DNA of 64,000 nucleotides from contig OZ250165.1 of NCBI GenBank assembly GCA_965238005.1, positions 1,536,001 through 1,600,000 on the forward strand, written 5' to 3'. Positions 52,651-63,239 of this stretch are shown here, piece after piece (positions within the stretch are counted from its first letter, which is position 1; every line of letters starts with the position of its first letter). The DNA is from Longimicrobiales bacterium (GTDB lineage Bacteria > Gemmatimonadota > Gemmatimonadetes > Longimicrobiales > Gaopeijiaceae). The notes below the pieces were generated by a model. The model did not search any database. It was not told where the DNA came from and saw only the letters and a program-made list of their open reading frames with translations. The position numbers were made by a program, and so were the translations under genes.

Positions 52651-53579
52651 ATGGCCGCACGGACGATCGTCTATTCAGGATCGAGCTCAGATGGGGGGCC
52701 GGATCTACTGATCTCGAGACGGTGCATGGGGCGGCGAGCGTCCACGCCTTGGTGAACCGATCGTACCCGTCGTGCCTCGTGCTCGACGGCGGCGAGGATC
52801 TCGAGCCGATACTCGAGCTGTGTACACAGCTGAAGGGAGATACCTTCACGGCCATCGTCCCGGTCATCATTCTCATCCCCTCCGACGAGAGCGAGCTCGC
52901 CGCGGATTGTCTTGCCGCGGGCGCCGACGAGGTCGTTTCCCAGGCCGGCTCGGATAGGGAACAGGGTCTGCGGTTCGAGACGGTGATGCGATGGGCCCAG
53001 CGAGACGTGGCCGTACACCCCACCACACGTCTTCCGGGGACGGTACAGATCGAGCGGGATATCGGTGATCGCCTCGTCAGTGGAGAGGAATTCGCGGTCT
53101 GCTACGCCGACCTGGACAACTTCAAGGAATTCAACGATCGCTACGGGTACAACCACGGCGACCACGTCATTCTCCTGCTGTCCCGCATCCTGCGCGACGT
53201 GGTTCGGGGGTTGGCGCCAGGTGGCTTCGTGGGGCACATCGGCGGCGACGACTTCATCTTCCTCGTCAACGTGGAGTACCTGGAGCACTGCTGCGACGAG
53301 ATCATCTATCTCTTCGATGAGCTGATCCCGTACCAGTACACGCCGGAAGATCGACGGGCCGGCTACTTCCTTGGAAAGGACCGCCGCGGTAGTATCCGTA
53401 GAGTACCCCTCATGACGCTATCGATAGGGGTCGTAACCAACCAGATCCAGCCCTTCACGCACACGGCTCAGGTGAGCGAATTGGCTGCGGAGATGAAGAC
53501 CTACACGAAGTCGCTGCCCGGATCCGTCTACGCTGTGGACCGTCGGCGGTCGCTCAAGGAAGAAGTTGAGGAGTCATGA
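52651..53579 (+). CDS. Degenerate REC plus GGDEF protein; apparent frameshift near 52710, or start at 52722
   Basis: DLDNFKEFNDRYG...GD, GHIGGDDF; the SD-preceded ATG at 52651 is out of frame. Confidence 0.8.
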
Positions 53580-54322
53580 CCATCACCGTTTCCTGTCCGG
53601 CATGCAGTACATCGTTTCCGGTGGACCCCGCCAAGATTCCCCCGGACGGCGTGAGAGCTCAATGCAGTGCGTGCCCCGAGATTTTCGACGTCGACAAGCC
53701 CGGCGCCGAGCCCACCTTCGCTGAACCCACCGAGACCTTCGCCGAGCCGGCGGCACCCGTCGAGTCGGAGGAGACGGAGGTGCCACCCGAGGTGCAGAGC
53801 CCGTTCGGCGCCGACGCCGAGGCAGTCGCCGGCATCGCCCACGAGACGACCGATGAGTTCGGCGGTCGTGAGATCACCTTCGACTCCGCCCCCGTAGAGA
53901 CGGACGAAGGGCTCGCTGCGGACACGGACCTGGAGGTCGAGAGCACCGAGGAGTATATCGGAGAGATCGAGGTCGAGGCTCCGGCGGCGGAGGCTCCGGC
54001 CGAGGAGGTCGCACCGAGTCCGGCACCCATCCAGTTTGGAAAGCGGACTCCGGAGGACAAGGCCAGGAGCCTCGCCAGGAGCCTCGCCAGGAGCCTCGCC
54101 AGGAGCCTCGTCTCCGACCTGATTGCGTACAACCCCGACAAGCACATGGAGGCCCTGGCTTCCGGGACGCTCGTTGAGGTGTTCGGTGAGGAGATCGAGA
54201 AGTCCTGGAAGGACTACCGGGAGCAGGTCGATCCAGAAGTGATGGAGCAGGGCACGTTTTTCAACGACGCACTCAACGAGCTTCTCGCCGACGGCGAGAG
54301 CGTGTTCAACGTCGAGGGATAA
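53576..54322 (+). CDS. Zinc-ribbon (MJ0042-type) protein with an acidic linker
   Basis: CPAC...CSAC, E-rich linker, helical C-terminal domain. Confidence 0.85.
   Translation: MTITVSCPACSTSFPVDPAKIPPDGVRAQCSACPEIFDVDKPGAEPTFAEPTETFAEPAAPVESEETEVPPEVQSPFGADAEAVAGIAHETTDEFGGREITFDSAPVETDEGLAADTDLEVESTEEYIGEIEVEAPAAEAPAEEVAPSPAPIQFGKRTPEDKARSLARSLARSLARSLVSDLIAYNPDKHMEALASGTLVEVFGEEIEKSWKDYREQVDPEVMEQGTFFNDALNELLADGESVFNVEG
54062..54109 (+). repeat. 12-bp perfect tandem repeat x4 (GCCAGGAGCCTC, encoding ARSL)
   Basis: Read directly. Confidence 0.95.
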
Positions 54323-54446
54323 TCACGAAGGTCACGTCGGTTGATGGCCCTGAGGATCTCGAATATATTTTGCGCGGTCGAGGGGTCGCCCTTTCGGGTG
54401 GCCCCTCTCGTGCATCCAACCAAATATCAGACGGGACCACGCAATT

Positions 54447-55560
54447 ATGAGCAGGGAAGCACTGCAACGCTTGGAAGGGCTTCGCGGCCGGATTTCCGAC
54501 CTCCGGGGGTATCTTTGACGTCGTCGCCAAGGACGCTCGCATCGCCGAGCTCGACAAGGCGATGGCGGCTTCCGGCTTTTGGGATAATCAGGAGAAGGCC
54601 CGCGAGGCTATAGCCGAATCCAACCGGCTGAAGAGCTGGGTTGGGCCGTGGCACGAGCTCGATGCCAAGGCCGCCGAGCTGGCGGAGCTCGGGGAGCTTC
54701 TCGAGGAGGAGGAGGACGAGGACCTCGAAGCCGAGCTGATCTCCGAGGTCGAGGGACTCGAAGGACCCATCGAGGCTCTCGAGCTACGGACCATGCTGCA
54801 GGGCTCGGATGACCACCGTGGCGCCCTCCTGACGGTTCACCCCGGTGCAGGCGGTCTCGAATCGCAGGATTGGGCGGAGATGCTCACGCGGATGTACGCG
54901 CGGTGGGCCGAGAGCCATGAATACGAGGTGAAGGTCCTCGATCTGCAGCCCGGGGAAGAGGCAGGCATCAAGAGCGCCACCCTAGAGGTCACGGGGGACC
55001 ATGCCTACGGGTACCTGAAGGCCGAGAAGGGCATCCACCGGCTCGTGCGCATCTCCCCCTTCGATGCCCAGTCCAGGCGACACACGTCCTTCGCCAGCGT
55101 GTTCGTATATCCTCTGGTCGACGACGAGATCGAGATCGACATCGACGAGTCCGATCTACGGATCGACACGTTCAGGGCTTCGGGAGCGGGTGGGCAGCAC
55201 GTCAACAAGACGGACTCGGCTATCCGGATCACGCATATGCCCACCGGGATCGCCGTGGCCTGTCAGCAGGAGCGGTCTCAGCACAAGAACCGCGCGACCG
55301 CCATGAAGATGCTGAAGGCTGCCCTCTACGAGCGCGCTCTCGAGGAGCAGGAGCAGGAGAAGGCGGCCGTGGAAGCCACCAAGACCGACATCGGGTGGGG
55401 CAATCAGATCCGATCGTACGTCTTTCAGCCGTACACGATGGTGAATGACCACCGCACCGACCTGAAGGTCGGCGACGTGAACAAGGTGATGGACGGGAAT
55501 CTCGATCCGTTCATCGAGGCCTACCTCAAGCAGTTCGCTTCGCAGGGCGCTGGGAAGTAG
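54447..55560 (+). CDS. prfB: Peptide chain release factor 2, with programmed +1 frameshift
   Basis: GGGGG-TAT-CTT-TGA-C at 54505-54519; SPF and GGQ motifs. Confidence 0.97.
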
Positions 55561-55573
55561 AGCGGGAGACACC

Positions 55574-57100
55574 GTGAGCGAAGACCTCAGTCAGGTGCGC
55601 CGGCATCGCCGGGAGAAGCTGGACGCCCTGCGGGAGAAGGGCCTCGAGCCGTACGCCTATATGTACGATCGATCCCATCTAGCCCGGGATGCCGTGGGCC
55701 TTTTCGAGCAGGAGGAGGCCGCGGGCTCCCTGAACGAGCAAGGGCAAGGCACCAGGGTCGCCGTAGCCGGCCGCATGCTGAGCTACCGGAGCCATGGGAA
55801 GAGCGCGTTCGGACACGTCGAGGATCGCTCGGGCCAGATCCAGGTCTACTTTCGTAAGAACGTCCTGGGAGACGAGAGCTTCGAGGCGCTGGACCTGCTC
55901 GACCTGGGCGACTGGATCGGGGTAGAGGGGATCCTGTTTCGGACGCGAACGGGTGAGACGACGATCCAGGTGCAGGAGTGGACGGTCCTCGCGAAGTCCC
56001 TGACGCCGCTCCCCCTGGGCAAGAGGGAGGTCGATGCTGAGACGGGCGAGCGTACGACCTTCAGCGGGTTCGCCGACACAGAGACCCGCTACAGGCAGCG
56101 GTATGCCGACCTGGCGGTCAACCCGGACGTGAGAGACGTCTTCCGGACCCGGGCGAATATCATCACCGAGCTCCGGGCGTTCCTGGACGAGGCGGACTTC
56201 CTGGAGGTCGAGACCCCGGCTCTGCAGCCGCTCTACGGTGGCGCGGCAGCCCGGCCATTCCTCACGAAGCACAATACGCTCGACAGAACGCTCTACCTGC
56301 GGATCGCTGACGAGCTCTATCTGAAGCGTCTCATCGTGGGCGGGCTCGGGCGCGTGTACGAAATTTGCAAGGACTTCAGGAACGAGGGGATCGATCGGTT
56401 CCACAATCCGGAGTTCACCATGCTCGAGTTCTATCAGGCCTTCATCGACTACCACGGCTTGATGGACTTCACCGAGGAGATGTTGTCCCGGGTGGCGATG
56501 GCGGCCACCGGCTCCACCGACGTCGTGTACCAGGGACAGGAGATCAGCTTCGCGCCCCCCTACCTGCGCGTCCCCATGCTGGGCAGGCTCTCGGAGGCGC
56601 TGGGCGTCGATGTCAGAGAGCTCTCGGAGGCCGACCTGCGTGAGCGGGCGGAAAAGCTGGATGTCCCCGCACTCGACGGCGCAGGCTGGGGTAAGCTCAT
56701 CGACGAGCTGTTCGGCGAGCTCGTGCAGCCGAACCTGATTCAGCCGACATTCGTGATGGACCATCCGAAGGAGATCAGCCCTCTGGCGAAGACCCATCGG
56801 GAGCATCCGGATCTCAGCGAGCGGTTCGAGCTCTTCATCGCCGGCGAGGAGATCTGCAACGCCTTCTCGGAGCTCAACGATCCCTTGGAGCAGCGGGAGC
56901 GCTTCGAGGCTCAGGCGCGACTGAGGGACGCCGGAGACGAAGAGACGCACCCCATCGACGAGGACTACATCAGAGCCCTGGAGTACGGCATGCCTCCCAC
57001 GGGCGGACTCGGGATGGGCGTCGACCGCCTCACCATGCTGCTGACGGATCAGGCATCCATTCGGGACGTGATCCTCTTTCCCACACTGCGAGACGAGTGA
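55574..57100 (+). CDS. lysS: Lysine--tRNA ligase (class II)
   Basis: RYRQRYADL, YLRIADELYLKRL, FRNEG, YGMPPTGGLG. Confidence 0.97.
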   Translation: MSEDLSQVRRHRREKLDALREKGLEPYAYMYDRSHLARDAVGLFEQEEAAGSLNEQGQGTRVAVAGRMLSYRSHGKSAFGHVEDRSGQIQVYFRKNVLGDESFEALDLLDLGDWIGVEGILFRTRTGETTIQVQEWTVLAKSLTPLPLGKREVDAETGERTTFSGFADTETRYRQRYADLAVNPDVRDVFRTRANIITELRAFLDEADFLEVETPALQPLYGGAAARPFLTKHNTLDRTLYLRIADELYLKRLIVGGLGRVYEICKDFRNEGIDRFHNPEFTMLEFYQAFIDYHGLMDFTEEMLSRVAMAATGSTDVVYQGQEISFAPPYLRVPMLGRLSEALGVDVRELSEADLRERAEKLDVPALDGAGWGKLIDELFGELVQPNLIQPTFVMDHPKEISPLAKTHREHPDLSERFELFIAGEEICNAFSELNDPLEQRERFEAQARLRDAGDEETHPIDEDYIRALEYGMPPTGGLGMGVDRLTMLLTDQASIRDVILFPTLRDE

Positions 57101-58362
57101 TGCCGGGCCGGTCCTCGGGTGGGCTGGAGTGGTACATCGCCCGGCACTATCTGTCCTCCGCCCACGGAGGAAGGCTCCTCTCCTTCATCACCTGGATCGC
57201 TCTGGGCGGCGTGACCGTCGGGGTCAGCGCCCTCGTCATCGTCATCGGTGTGATGTCTGGGATGCAGGAAGATCTGATGGCTAAGATCCTCGAATCGTCG
57301 CCTCATGTGCTCGTGCTCAAGCAGGGCAGGAGCCTCCGCATGGACGACTGGCAGGAGGTGACGGCCGCTGTCCGCGAGGTAGAGGGCGTCACAGGCGTAG
57401 CGCCCCTCGTCCTCACCAACGTGGCGGTCTCCCGGGCTGGGTACACCCAGCCCGCCGATCTGTACGGTGTCTCCCTCGGTCCGGAGGGGCCCCCGGTCAC
57501 GGAGATGGAGGCGCGGATCCAGGAGGGCATCCACGACCTGGGACCGACGGCCTCCGGACTCCCGCCGGTGGTCCTGGGGAGCCGGCTGGCCGCCCGGATG
57601 TCGGTCTTCTCGGGAGATACGCTCACCGTCATCTCCTTCGAGAACATCACCGTGGACGTCATGGGCATGCCTACGCCTAGCCTTCGTCAGTACGAGATGA
57701 CCGGTACGTTCACGACGGGCATGTACGACTACGACCTGAAGAACATCTACGTCCCTCTGGAGGCTGCGCAGGACCAGCTGGACATCCTCGAGGACGACCG
57801 GATCTCGATGCTTGGGGTCCGCACGGATGACCCGGATCAGGCTTCGGTAGTCGCCCAGGCCATCCAGGAGAATCTGGGCTTCGAGTTCTACGCGGTGAGC
57901 TGGAGCACGACGAACCGTGCCCTCTTTTCGGCCCTCAAGCTCGAGAAGCTCGCCATGGGGCTGATCCTCACCCTCATCGTCGTTGTCGCCGCCTTCAACA
58001 TCGTGAGCACGTTGGTCATGGTGGTCGTGGATCGGACGCGGGAGATCGGCATCCTCAAGTCCATGGGCATGACCGACCGGATGATCCTTCGGGTCTTCGT
58101 CATTCAGGGCCTCTGGATCGGCGTGATCGGTACGGTCATCGGGACGGCGCTCGGCCTCTTCCTGGCCTGGCTGGTGGACACGTACGAGATCATCCGGATT
58201 CCGCCGGACGTCTACTTCGTGGATCGGCTCCCCGTCTCCATCCATGCGACAGACATCTTCATTATCGTGGGCATCAGCGTCCTCATCGCTCTCACAGCCA
58301 CGATCTACCCGGCGATTCAGGCCTCACGGCTCCAGCCTGTGGACGCGATCCGGCATGAGTAA
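57097..58362 (+). CDS. lolE: Lipoprotein-releasing ABC transporter permease LolC/E
   Basis: IALGGVTVGV..VMSG, AAFNIVSTL, EIGILKSMG, YPA..ASRL.P. Confidence 0.88.
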   Translation: MMPGRSSGGLEWYIARHYLSSAHGGRLLSFITWIALGGVTVGVSALVIVIGVMSGMQEDLMAKILESSPHVLVLKQGRSLRMDDWQEVTAAVREVEGVTGVAPLVLTNVAVSRAGYTQPADLYGVSLGPEGPPVTEMEARIQEGIHDLGPTASGLPPVVLGSRLAARMSVFSGDTLTVISFENITVDVMGMPTPSLRQYEMTGTFTTGMYDYDLKNIYVPLEAAQDQLDILEDDRISMLGVRTDDPDQASVVAQAIQENLGFEFYAVSWSTTNRALFSALKLEKLAMGLILTLIVVVAAFNIVSTLVMVVVDRTREIGILKSMGMTDRMILRVFVIQGLWIGVIGTVIGTALGLFLAWLVDTYEIIRIPPDVYFVDRLPVSIHATDIFIIVGISVLIALTATIYPAIQASRLQPVDAIRHE

Positions 58363-59050
58363 CGAGACGCCTGCGGCCGTCGAGGCGAGGGCCCTGTGGA
58401 AGAGCTTCGTGGGCGGCGACGGCCATGAACTCGCTGTACTGGAAGGGGTAGAGCTAAGCGTCGAGGCGGGGGAAGTCGTGGCCGTGGTGGGGAGCAGCGG
58501 AGCTGGGAAGTCGACCCTGCTGCACCTGCTCGGAGCCCTCGACCGGCCGAACTCGGGCGAGGTCCTGATCGGTGGTCGCGACCTCTCTCTGGTGGATGCC
58601 GAAACGCTCGCAGGGATCAGAAACGAGACTGTCGGGTTCGTGTTTCAGTTTCACCATCTGCTCCGGGAGTTCACGGCGCTGGAGAACGTGATGATGCCGT
58701 GCCTGATCTCGGGGCTGGACCGACGGGCTGCCCAAGAGCGGGCCCATGAGCTTCTGGCAGTGGTGGGACTCCAGGGACGATTGGAGCACCGTCCCGCACA
58801 GCTTTCGGGAGGAGAACAACAGAGGGTCGCCGTGGCAAGAGCGCTCTCGAACGATCCGCTCGTGCTCCTGGCGGATGAGCCTTCAGGCAACTTGGATACG
58901 CACACGAGCGAGGAGCTACATGATCTCCTCTTCCGCCTGAGGGGAGACAGGGGACTGGCGATGGTGCTGGTGACACACAATCGAGAGCTTGCCGGGAGGG
59001 CCGATCGGATCATGGAACTGAGAGACGGTCGACTCCACGAGGCGGTTTGA
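58355..59050 (+). CDS. lolD: Lipoprotein-releasing ABC transporter ATPase
   Basis: GSSGAGKST, FVFQFHHLL, LSGGEQQR, ADEPSGNLD. Confidence 0.92.
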   Translation: MSNETPAAVEARALWKSFVGGDGHELAVLEGVELSVEAGEVVAVVGSSGAGKSTLLHLLGALDRPNSGEVLIGGRDLSLVDAETLAGIRNETVGFVFQFHHLLREFTALENVMMPCLISGLDRRAAQERAHELLAVVGLQGRLEHRPAQLSGGEQQRVAVARALSNDPLVLLADEPSGNLDTHTSEELHDLLFRLRGDRGLAMVLVTHNRELAGRADRIMELRDGRLHEAV

Positions 59051-59056
59051 GGGACG

Positions 59057-59581
59057 ATGGAAGGCAAGCAATCCAACGACGTTTGTGAAATCTGCGGGTC
59101 GGCGCACGCCGTTGTGCACCTCACGCAGATCGAGAACAACCAGATGTCGACATCTCATCTGTGCGAGAAGTGCGCGGCCGCGAAGGGCGTCGAGGGCCCC
59201 GACGAATCGGTGAACCTCCCCCTGACGGGATTCCTGGCCCAGCTCGGCGACGAGCCGACCGCCGAGGAACCCGGCGAGTCGTTCGGCTCGTGCTCCTTTT
59301 GTGGGCTCACGTTTAGCGACTTCCGTGAGGCCGGTCGACTGGGGTGCCCCCACTGCTACACCACGTTCGAGGGCTATCTGCGGGGCCTGCTGCGCCGGGT
59401 CCACGGCAGCACACAGCACGTGGGCAAGGTCTACCTGCCACCCGATCCTGCGGCCTCCGACGTGGAGAAGCAGCTCGAGGTACTCCGGCACAAGCTGCAA
59501 CGGGCCGTGGACTCCGAGGACTTCGAACGGGCTGCCGAGATCCGGGACAAGATCCGAGCCATGGAGCCTGCCGCAAGCTGA
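59057..59581 (+). CDS. mcsA: Protein-arginine kinase activator
   Basis: Four CxxC motifs, GRLGCPHCY, UVR domain EDFERAAEIRD. Confidence 0.93.
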   Translation: MEGKQSNDVCEICGSAHAVVHLTQIENNQMSTSHLCEKCAAAKGVEGPDESVNLPLTGFLAQLGDEPTAEEPGESFGSCSFCGLTFSDFREAGRLGCPHCYTTFEGYLRGLLRRVHGSTQHVGKVYLPPDPAASDVEKQLEVLRHKLQRAVDSEDFERAAEIRDKIRAMEPAAS

Positions 59582-59589
59582 CCCCCGAC

Positions 59590-60714
59590 ATGAGCGATCT
59601 CCCGACACTCCCCGATTACGGCCTGAGCTGGCTGGATGCCAGCGGCGACCACTCCGACGTGGTGCTGTCCACTCGGGTGCGTTTGGCCCGGAACCTCCAG
59701 GGGCACGCCTTCGGGCCGAGGGCGCGGGTCAACGACCGGGAAGCCGTTCTCGAGCACACCAAGCGAGCCGCGGCGAAGGTAGGCCTGTTGAAGGGGGCCA
59801 CCCTCCTGGAGCTACCCGAGCTGGATCATCGCAGCAGGCGGATTCTCCTGGAGCGGCGTCTGGCTTCTCGAGAGCTCCTCGGCGACGTGAAGACGGGTCC
59901 CGCCCGTGCCACCGGAGTCCTGCTTGCATCGAAAGATCCGCTCAGCGTCATGATAAACGAGGAGGATCATCTCCGGATACAGGAGCTGGTCTCGGGTCTT
60001 CGCCTCAAGAAAGCGTGGAATCTGGTCGATCGTTTAGATGAGGAGCTGGGCCAGGAGCTTCCGTTCGCGTACCACCACGAGTTCGGCTTCCTGACCAGCT
60101 GCCCCACGAATGTGGGGAGCGGGCTGCGTGCTTCGGTGCTGGTGCACCTTCCCGGCCTCGTCTTGACCAAGGAGATCGGGAAGGTACTGCAGGGCTTGGG
60201 GCAGGTGGGCCTGACCTTCAGGGGCTTGTACGGTGAGGGCTCCGAGGTCGTGGGCAATTTCTTCCAGGTCTCGAACCAGACGACGCTCGGCAAAAGCGAG
60301 GAGGATCTGGTCGAGCACCTGGACAAGGTCGTGCGTCAGGTGATCCAGTACGAGAGCCAGGCGCGGCAGGTGCTCCTGAGGGATGCACCTCAGGTCACGG
60401 AAGACAAAATTTGGCGAGCATACGGTCTCCTGCGGTACGCGAGGTCGCTTTCGTTCGAGGAATTGATGAATTTGTTGTCGGGGATTCGCTTGGGAGTGGG
60501 CCTGAAACTCCTTCCAGAACTCCGGGTATATACGCTGAACAAATTGATGATTTTTACCCAGACTGCTCACTTGGAGCAGGCGGCTGGACGAGACCTGCCG
60601 CCCTCGGAGTGCGATGCTCACCGGGCGGCTTATGTGCGACGGATCCTGGCCACGGAGGGGGCTTCGCCCCCGGATGAGGAAACCGGAGAGGATGGCTTGC
60701 CCACGAAGGGATAG
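59590..60714 (+). CDS. mcsB: Protein-arginine kinase
   Basis: STRVRLARN, INEEDHLR, LTSCPTNVG, QVSNQ. Confidence 0.96.
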   Translation: MSDLPTLPDYGLSWLDASGDHSDVVLSTRVRLARNLQGHAFGPRARVNDREAVLEHTKRAAAKVGLLKGATLLELPELDHRSRRILLERRLASRELLGDVKTGPARATGVLLASKDPLSVMINEEDHLRIQELVSGLRLKKAWNLVDRLDEELGQELPFAYHHEFGFLTSCPTNVGSGLRASVLVHLPGLVLTKEIGKVLQGLGQVGLTFRGLYGEGSEVVGNFFQVSNQTTLGKSEEDLVEHLDKVVRQVIQYESQARQVLLRDAPQVTEDKIWRAYGLLRYARSLSFEELMNLLSGIRLGVGLKLLPELRVYTLNKLMIFTQTAHLEQAAGRDLPPSECDAHRAAYVRRILATEGASPPDEETGEDGLPTKG

Positions 60715-60726
60715 CCACCGAGCAGA

Positions 60727-63210
60727 ATGAATTACAACTTCACCGATCGCGTCCGAAAAGTGTTGGCCATGGCCCGTGAAGAGGCCATTCGCCTCCAACA
60801 CGACTACGTAGGCACCGAGCACATACTCCTGGGACTCATCCGGGAGGGTGAAGGCGTAGCTGCTGCGGTTCTCACCAACCTCAACGTGGATCTGGACCAG
60901 ATCCACGATCAGGTGGAAGAGTCCGTCAAGAAGGGGAAGGCGACGATCGCCCTCGGTGAGCTCCCGTATACGTCCAGGGCGAAGAAGGTCCTCGAGTTCG
61001 CCATGGCCGAGGCCCGGGAGCTGAATCATTCGTACGTCGGCACCGAGCACCTGCTCCTGGGGCTCCTCAGAGAGGAGAAGGGGATCGCCGCTCAGGTCCT
61101 CAACTCTTTGGGGGTCAGCATGGAGGAGGCGCGGTCCGAAACGCTCAAGGTCCTGGGCTCGGACGTGGGACCCTCGGAGGCGGCAGGGATCGGTGGGGGA
61201 GCACCGGTCACGCCGCCAACGGGCAAGGGCGAAAAGAAGTCCAAGACTCCGGCCCTCGATCATTTTTGCCGAGACCTGACCAACCTGGCACGGCAGGGGA
61301 AGCTGGATCCCACCATCGGACGCACGACGGAGATCGAGCGCGTGGTGGAGATCCTGTGCCGGCGGAAGAAGAACAATCCGGTCCTCATCGGTGAGCCCGG
61401 CGTCGGCAAGACCGCCATCGTGGAAGGACTCGCGCAGCTCATCTCCCGGAACGAGGTCACCGAGTCGCTCAAGGACCACCGGGTGCTGGCCCTGGACATG
61501 GCCGCGGTGATCGCCGGGACCAAGTACCGGGGCCAGTTCGAAGAGCGCCTCAAGGCGGTGATGAACGAGATCTCCCAAAATCAGACGGTCGTCTTGTTCA
61601 TCGACGAGCTTCACACGCTCGTGGGCGCTGGGGCTGCCGAGGGAGCCATCGACGCCTCCAACATGCTCAAGCCGTCCCTCGCCCGGGGTGAGCTGCAGTG
61701 CATCGGCGCATCGACTCTGAACGAGTACCGAAAGTACATCGAGAAGGACGGAGCGTTGGAGCGACGCTTCCAACCCGTCATCGTCGATCCGCCGTCCGTC
61801 GAAGAGACCGTCGACATTCTCCATGGTCTGCGGACGCACTACGAAGAGCACCATCGTGTGGTAATCCCCGATGAGGCCCTCAAGCAAGCCGCGAAGCTCT
61901 CCGATCGCTACATCACGGATCGGTTCCTGCCGGACAAGGCTATCGACGTCATCGACGAGGCAGGGGCCCGTGCTCGGATCGCCGCGCAGGTGCCGCCGCC
62001 CCAGGTGGAGGAGCTCAAGGACGAGCTGGCCGAGATCGCCGATCGAAAGGAAGGGGCGATCCGGGACCAGGACTTCGAGCGCGCTGCGGAGCTCCGCGAC
62101 GAAGAGCGGGCGCTACAGGAGAGGATCCGGGGCGAGCAGGACGACTGGGAAGAAGAGCGGAAGCGTCACCGCCCCGAGATCGAGTCCGAGGACGTGGCCT
62201 TCATCGTCAGCCGCTGGACGGGCATTCCGGTCACCCGGCTGCAACAGGCCGAAACGGAGCGTCTCGTCCACATGGAGGAGGAGATCCACCAGCGTGTGGT
62301 GGGCCAGGACGATGCCATCACGGCCATCGCGAGGTCCATCAGGCGCAGCCGTGCGGGGCTGAAGGATCCTCACCGCCCCATCGGGTCGTTCATCTTCTCG
62401 GGCCCCACCGGAGTCGGCAAGACCGAGCTGGCCAGGGCCCTCGCGGAATTCCTGTTCGCCGATCGCGACGCTCTGATTCGGGTGGACATGAGTGAGTACA
62501 TGGAGAAGTTCTCCATCTCGCGACTCATTGGAGCCCCTCCGGGATACGTGGGCTACGAGGACTCCGGTGCGCTCACGAAGGCGGTGCGCCGCCGGCCCTA
62601 CTCCGTCGTGCTCCTGGACGAGATCGAGAAGGCCCACCCGGACGTCTTCAACATCCTTCTGCAGGTGCTGGATGAGGGACATCTCACGGACAACTACGGC
62701 CGGGTGATCGACTTCAAGAACACGGTTCTCATCATGACCTCCAACCTGGGCGCTCGGGACATCTCCAAGAGCGGAAGCCTCGGCTTCCACGACGACGATC
62801 CCAGGTCGTCCTACGAGATCATGCAGAGAAAGGTGCGTGACGAGATCGAGAGGGCCTTCAATCCCGAGTTCCTGAATAGGGTGGATGAAACGATCGTGTT
62901 CCACATGCTGACCCGGAAAGAGATCGGACAGATCGTCCTCATCCTGCTCAGGGACATCAGCGAGCGTCTGGCGGAGGAAGAGCTCAGCCTCAACCTCTCG
63001 GACGGGGCCATCGACTTCCTCGTCGAGAAGGGGTACGACGAGAAATTCGGGGCACGGCCCCTCAGGCGGGCCATCCAGCGCTATCTCGAAGATCCTCTCT
63101 CGGAGGGGATCCTGACGGCGGACTTCTCGGCGGGTGACGAGATCGCCGTCGACGTGGACGACGAGGGAGAGGCGCTCACCTTGGCCGCGGCCTCACAGAG
63201 CAAGACGTGA
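60727..63210 (+). CDS. clpC: ATP-dependent Clp protease ATP-binding subunit ClpC
   Basis: Clp-N repeats, two AAA modules, UVR middle domain, LGF loop. Confidence 0.96.
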   Translation: MNYNFTDRVRKVLAMAREEAIRLQHDYVGTEHILLGLIREGEGVAAAVLTNLNVDLDQIHDQVEESVKKGKATIALGELPYTSRAKKVLEFAMAEARELNHSYVGTEHLLLGLLREEKGIAAQVLNSLGVSMEEARSETLKVLGSDVGPSEAAGIGGGAPVTPPTGKGEKKSKTPALDHFCRDLTNLARQGKLDPTIGRTTEIERVVEILCRRKKNNPVLIGEPGVGKTAIVEGLAQLISRNEVTESLKDHRVLALDMAAVIAGTKYRGQFEERLKAVMNEISQNQTVVLFIDELHTLVGAGAAEGAIDASNMLKPSLARGELQCIGASTLNEYRKYIEKDGALERRFQPVIVDPPSVEETVDILHGLRTHYEEHHRVVIPDEALKQAAKLSDRYITDRFLPDKAIDVIDEAGARARIAAQVPPPQVEELKDELAEIADRKEGAIRDQDFERAAELRDEERALQERIRGEQDDWEEERKRHRPEIESEDVAFIVSRWTGIPVTRLQQAETERLVHMEEEIHQRVVGQDDAITAIARSIRRSRAGLKDPHRPIGSFIFSGPTGVGKTELARALAEFLFADRDALIRVDMSEYMEKFSISRLIGAPPGYVGYEDSGALTKAVRRRPYSVVLLDEIEKAHPDVFNILLQVLDEGHLTDNYGRVIDFKNTVLIMTSNLGARDISKSGSLGFHDDDPRSSYEIMQRKVRDEIERAFNPEFLNRVDETIVFHMLTRKEIGQIVLILLRDISERLAEEELSLNLSDGAIDFLVEKGYDEKFGARPLRRAIQRYLEDPLSEGILTADFSAGDEIAVDVDDEGEALTLAAASQSKT

Positions 63211-63239
63211 CGCCCGGGGCCAGACCTTTGTTCAACTCG

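Noticed and set aside
60034..61887. Long antisense ORFs (also 13483-14841, 27102-28589, 55679-56950)
   Set aside because: Shadow frames of high-GC coding genes with no recognisable motifs
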